Part shown: piece by piece, positions 60,334 through 64,000 of the stretch
Layout: the number at the start of each line of letters is the position of its first letter
Numbering within the stretch: the first letter of the stretch is position 1
Assembly: GCA_963826525.1 (NCBI GenBank)
Contig: CAWGXH010000004.1
Span: forward strand, 672,001-736,000
From: an uncultured Methanomicrobiaceae archaeon
GTDB lineage: Archaea > Halobacteriota > Methanomicrobia > Methanomicrobiales > Methanoculleaceae
Direction of reading: 5' to 3'
DNA length: 64,000 bases
Position numbers and translations under genes: made by a program
Notes under the pieces: generated by a model
Told to the model about the DNA's origin: nothing
Seen by the model: only the letters and a program-made list of their open reading frames with translations
The model's database searches: none

Positions 60334-60546
60334 TTACTGCACCTTCTCATAGGGGTACCGCTCGCTGATGAACTCACGGAAGAACCATTCCGGGGACTCG
60401 GCGGCAAGCAGCCCATCGTAGATCGCCGGCGGGACCCCGACATACTCATAGACACCCCCGCTCTCGAACTCCATACGGAGAATTTCCATCTCCCGGTCGT
60501 AACCGATGGATTTCAGACCGGCGGACTCGATCGCTTCCCGCTGCAT
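60334..60546 (-). CDS. KTSC domain protein (copy 1)
   Basis: MQREAIES--LKSIGYD...L-MEF-SGGVYEY-GVP--IY-GLLAAES. Confidence 0.92.
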   Translation of the reverse strand: MQREAIESAGLKSIGYDREMEILRMEFESGGVYEYVGVPPAIYDGLLAAESPEWFFREFISERYPYEKVQ

Positions 60547-60689
60547 GGGCGAGGGTTGCGGCCCAGGGGGATAAGGGTTGCGGAGACGCCCGGCGTCCCG
60601 CCTCACCATGACCTTGCAGGGCAGCGGCGGACTCGAGCTTGCCGGGCATCCCGGAGCGTCCCTTTTCCGGATATCGGGGAGATTCCCGG

Positions 60690-61097
60690 TTACACCATCC
60701 CCTGCAGTCCCATCGTCACGAGCATCATCGCCGCGGCCGCCGAGAGCGAGAAGATCACCACCGCCCAGACGACCATAAATGCGACGATCATCAGCATGCT
60801 CGTCTCCCGGTAGGGGACGAGGCCGTCGTTCATCCCTTTCGCCGTCCGGTAGGCGTCGTAGCCGCCCCAGAGCCAGACCACGACGCCGGGGACGATCATG
60901 ACGAAGAGCCCGAAGAGACTTCCGAGCAGCACCAGGACGCCTTTCCCGAACTGCCCGTTGTAGGCCTGTCCGAGGCCGTTGAAGAGGAGCGAGAGGCCTG
61001 CCGCCATTGCCGGGTTCTTCTTCTTCTCCCGGCGGGAGACCTCCGCTGCCGCAAGAGCTTCCCTTAGAGAGACCGGTTCTGCCGTTTCAGTACGCAC
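60690..61097 (-). CDS. Small TM2-like membrane protein
   Basis: KKNPAMAAGLSLLFNGLGQAYNGQFGKG...YDAY. Confidence 0.8.
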   Translation of the reverse strand: MRTETAEPVSLREALAAAEVSRREKKKNPAMAAGLSLLFNGLGQAYNGQFGKGVLVLLGSLFGLFVMIVPGVVVWLWGGYDAYRTAKGMNDGLVPYRETSMLMIVAFMVVWAVVIFSLSAAAAMMLVTMGLQGMV

Positions 61098-61197
61098 AAT
61101 GCAGAGGTACGCCCGACGAGAACATCAGCGTTTCCCGTGTCCACTCCGGTATCCTCATATCCTTCCGGCGCCATGCACTCTCTCGGAGAAAGCACGT

Positions 61198-61468
61198 ATG
61201 GCAGAAAGAGAGATCACCACAGAGGAAGCAAAGACGATCGGGGGGCAACTCGGCCTGACCTGGGATCCGGTTCGACGTCGAGCAGTTCCGGCAGGGAATG
61301 GAAGTCGAACTCGAGCACGGCCTGCACGACCCGGCGACAAACGTGACGAACGACGACCTCCTGATCACCGGCAAGATCGCCCTTGCCCACCTGAACGAGT
61401 TCCCGGACTACTACGACCGTCTCGAGGTCATGGAAGAAGAAGCGAAGCGCTACTGGAGCAGCAGGTAA
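61198..61468 (+). CDS. DUF5661 family protein (frameshift near 61270)
   Basis: FDVEQFRQGMEVELEHG...TNVTNDD---TGKIALAHLNEFPDYYDRL. Confidence 0.8.
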
Positions 61469-61646
61469 CCCCCCGAACAGCCGATCCAGGGCGGCCGCGC
61501 ACCTGGCCGCCCTGCACACTCCTTTGGAAGAGCACTCAAAAGAGCCCGGGCTGTCGGGGGGGCGAGGGCGCGGCCTTTCCGCGCGCAGAGTCCCGAAAAG
61601 GGCTCCGTGAGGAGCCGGCGCCAGCCTGTATACAGGAGATGTCCTC

Positions 61647-61690
61647 AAAATCGTGAAAATTTCAAAAAATTCCATAATTTTCACGATTTT
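61647..61690. repeat. Perfect 15-bp AT-rich inverted repeat with a 14-nt spacer
   Basis: aaaatcgtgaaaatt (61647-61661) / aattttcacgatttt (61676-61690). Confidence 0.85.
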
Positions 61691-61785
61691 TTCCATTTAG
61701 TCAGTTATACATCGTCGATATATTCCGGATGGCTTATATATCATCCTCAATCACATTTCGCATATAGACATCTTTTGTGATTGTT

Positions 61786-64000
61786 ATGGATAGTGTACGA
61801 GTGCAGGGAAAAAACCCTCAGAACATCCTCTTCCGGGCGATTATCGTCCTGATTCTCGTCGGACTGCTGGCAATGCCGGCGTCGGCGGAAGAGACGCTCC
61901 CGGACGCAGTCCGGGTAGATGCAACGTATAACGAAATGACTCCCGACTACGGCTATCCTGAACTTCTCGAGTATTCAGGAAGCGCTCGACGCCGTCGCCG
62001 AAAGCGGCACCGTCACGGTCGCCGCAGGCACCTACGAAGGGCACCTGAATATACGGTCAGGCCGTTTCTCTCGTAACCGATGAAGACGCCGTCATCGACG
62101 CCATGGGCTGGGGTATCGGTATCTTCATCGATGCGGACGGCGTCTCCGTCGAAGGCTTCACCGTGACCAACGCCACGACCTACGGTATTGCCGGCGACAT
62201 GGTCGACAATCTCGAGATCCGCGGCAACACCGTCACCGTCGTCTCCGACGAGACCACGTCAGAAGCTCCTGTCGGGATCTACCTTAACGGAGGCGCCGGC
62301 CATGATCGTCACCGGCAACACCGTCACGGTGGAGAGCGATCTTCCCGAAGAGGCAGGCATCGTCGTCTGCAATGTAGCGGACACCGAAGTCTCCGGCAAC
62401 GCGGTCAACGTCGACGCCAAGTACGTTCCGGCAGCGGTCCAGGATCTCGAGGCTTTGAGTGCTTCCCCGGTCGCCCCGTGGGGCTCGAACACCCGGCAGG
62501 ACGGAGTGAGCGCCCTTGATGAGGAAGAGCCCGTCAAGTACGTCGCCCCCGCCGGTATCGTGGCTTACGGCAGCGATATCGTGGTCGACGGGAACACAAT
62601 CGCGGTCGTTGCGGAGTGCCTCGGCGAGGTCGAAGGCGTCTCCTATGAGGCATACCCCGTCGGTATCGATGCTAACAGCGAATCCGCCGAATCCATCGAG
62701 ATCGTGGAGAACATCATCGAGGTGGAGGGCAATGCCGCCGACTACACCTACGCCGACGGTATCTGGATATCCGGCAGACCTGGCACTCGCCCGGGGCAAT
62801 ACCATCATCTCGACCGCCACCGCAGAGGATGCGGAGCCGTGGGGTATCAGTATGTACGATGCCCTGAAAGGCCAAATTCTAGAAAATAATGTTACCATCA
62901 CCATCTCCGCCGAACTTCACCGAAGACACCTACGGTATCCTCGTGGAAGACTCCGAGAAGGCGCAGGTGCTCGACAACAACGTCACGTATACTGCATATA
63001 TCGGCGATGAAGGTGTCAGCGAAGCGGGTGCCGGTATCGAAGGCATTTCCGTCGAGAACTGCTACCAGTCGCAGGTCGCCGGAAACGACGTCTGCGTCGT
63101 CACGGAAGTACTGACAGTGGCGGGCGTGTTCGATCTCGGGTCGGATGACTCTGAAATCTCTTCAACCGCCGCAACAGTCTATGCCGACCTCACCGGCGAG
63201 ATCGTCGAAGGGTGGGCCGGAGCGACCGGTATCGACGTCGACGATAGTGACGAAGCCTGGGTCATCGAAAACGAGATCGCCGTCGAGGTGCTCCTCGCAT
63301 CGGTAGATATCGCCGAGAACGTGAGCGTCGTCGAAGGCGGCATCTGGTCGGCGGGTCTGCTGATAGAGGATACCTACGGTGCCGTAGCCTCCGGGAATAC
63401 CATCGACGCCAGCTTCCTGACGGCGGCCGAAGCGATCGGTACCGGCTACAACACCAGCGTCGCCTACGCCAGCCTCTTCAGCGAAGTCACCGGCGTGGTG
63501 CTCTACGACGCAGAGGACACGGAGGTCTCCGACAACTGCATTACGGTCGAGAGCGCTCAGGCTACCATCGCAGCCGCCCTGGCAACCGATTCGGAGGACG
63601 GCGGTCTGGTGTATTTCCTCGACACCCAGCTGGCCGAGGACGAGACTGAAATGAACGCATTTGCGGCATCCCTCGACGAGGAGGGCACGTACGCAGAGTC
63701 CGTCTGGGACGGCCTGAACGAGACCGCGCTCGCCCGCACACGCACGACTGCGGCCGCGGCCGGTATCTACGCCGACACCTATGGCGATACCAGGATCTAT
63801 GACAACGCCATCGACGTGGAGATCGCCTCTATGGTCATGGATATCGCAATGTACGAAGTCAGCAGCGCTGATGCGATGGCGCAAGCAGTCGGTCTTGCGC
63901 AGGGCTTCGGTATCATCGGCCCCGACGGTTACGATGCATCCATATGCGGGAATACCGTCACGGTGGAATCAACCGGTGCCATTGAGACAGTCTCAGCCGA
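61786..64000 (+). CDS. Large acidic secreted parallel beta-helix (NosD/CASH-like) surface protein; several frameshifts; runs out of the window
   Basis: Signal peptide (…LLAMPASA), IQ-A-DAVA--GTVTVAAGTY, repeated GI-x(8-12)-(G/E)N-(T/V/I) beta-helix units. Confidence 0.8.

Noticed and set aside
2154-63000. Programmed ribosomal frameshifting or phase variation as the cause of split genes
   Set aside because: Shifts are scattered over unrelated genes with no consistent slippery sites or long homopolymers; sequencing error is the simpler explanation.
1-64000. CRISPR array, tRNA/rRNA genes, IS elements, integrase or phage genes
   Set aside because: No regularly spaced repeats, cloverleaf or rRNA signatures, or transposase/integrase motifs recognised by eye. 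A formal scan was not run.

Overview
GC-rich chromosomal region of a methanogenic archaeon, most likely Methanomicrobiales (Methanoculleus-like). Evidence: coenzyme F390 synthetase, Tsr3, a methanoredoxin/ferredoxin:disulfide reductase pair, DUF3821-type surface proteins, wHTH-PAS regulators, TATA-type promoters and oligo-T terminators. It holds about 55 genes. I recognised no rRNA, tRNA, CRISPR array or IS element. About 20 genes carry single-base frameshifts that look like long-read assembly errors, and five remnants (cupin/ATPase-like junction, cytosine permease, MFS, Cdc6, cardiolipin synthase) look like real deletion-type pseudogenes. The strongest candidate for an undescribed system is a bacterial-type partner-switching module (STAS, LytS-5TM/PP2C phosphatase, RsbW-type kinase; 24398-26576) in an organism without sigma factors. 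It lies directly after an NCS2 permease whose C-terminus is a degenerate RsbW-like domain, which suggests the transporter is the output. Possibly related parts are a second STAS gene, an Nramp-like transporter fused to two LytS-5TM domains, and an MBL hydrolase fused to a degenerate HATPase. Other notable items: an unknown 614-aa protein next to larC, a DUF523(TudS)-nucleoside deoxyribosyltransferase fusion, four wHTH-PAS paralogs, three tandem KTSC genes, DtxR-type operator palindromes before feoAB, and a hairpin-rich intergenic region. All family calls come from motif recognition by eye; no searches were run.
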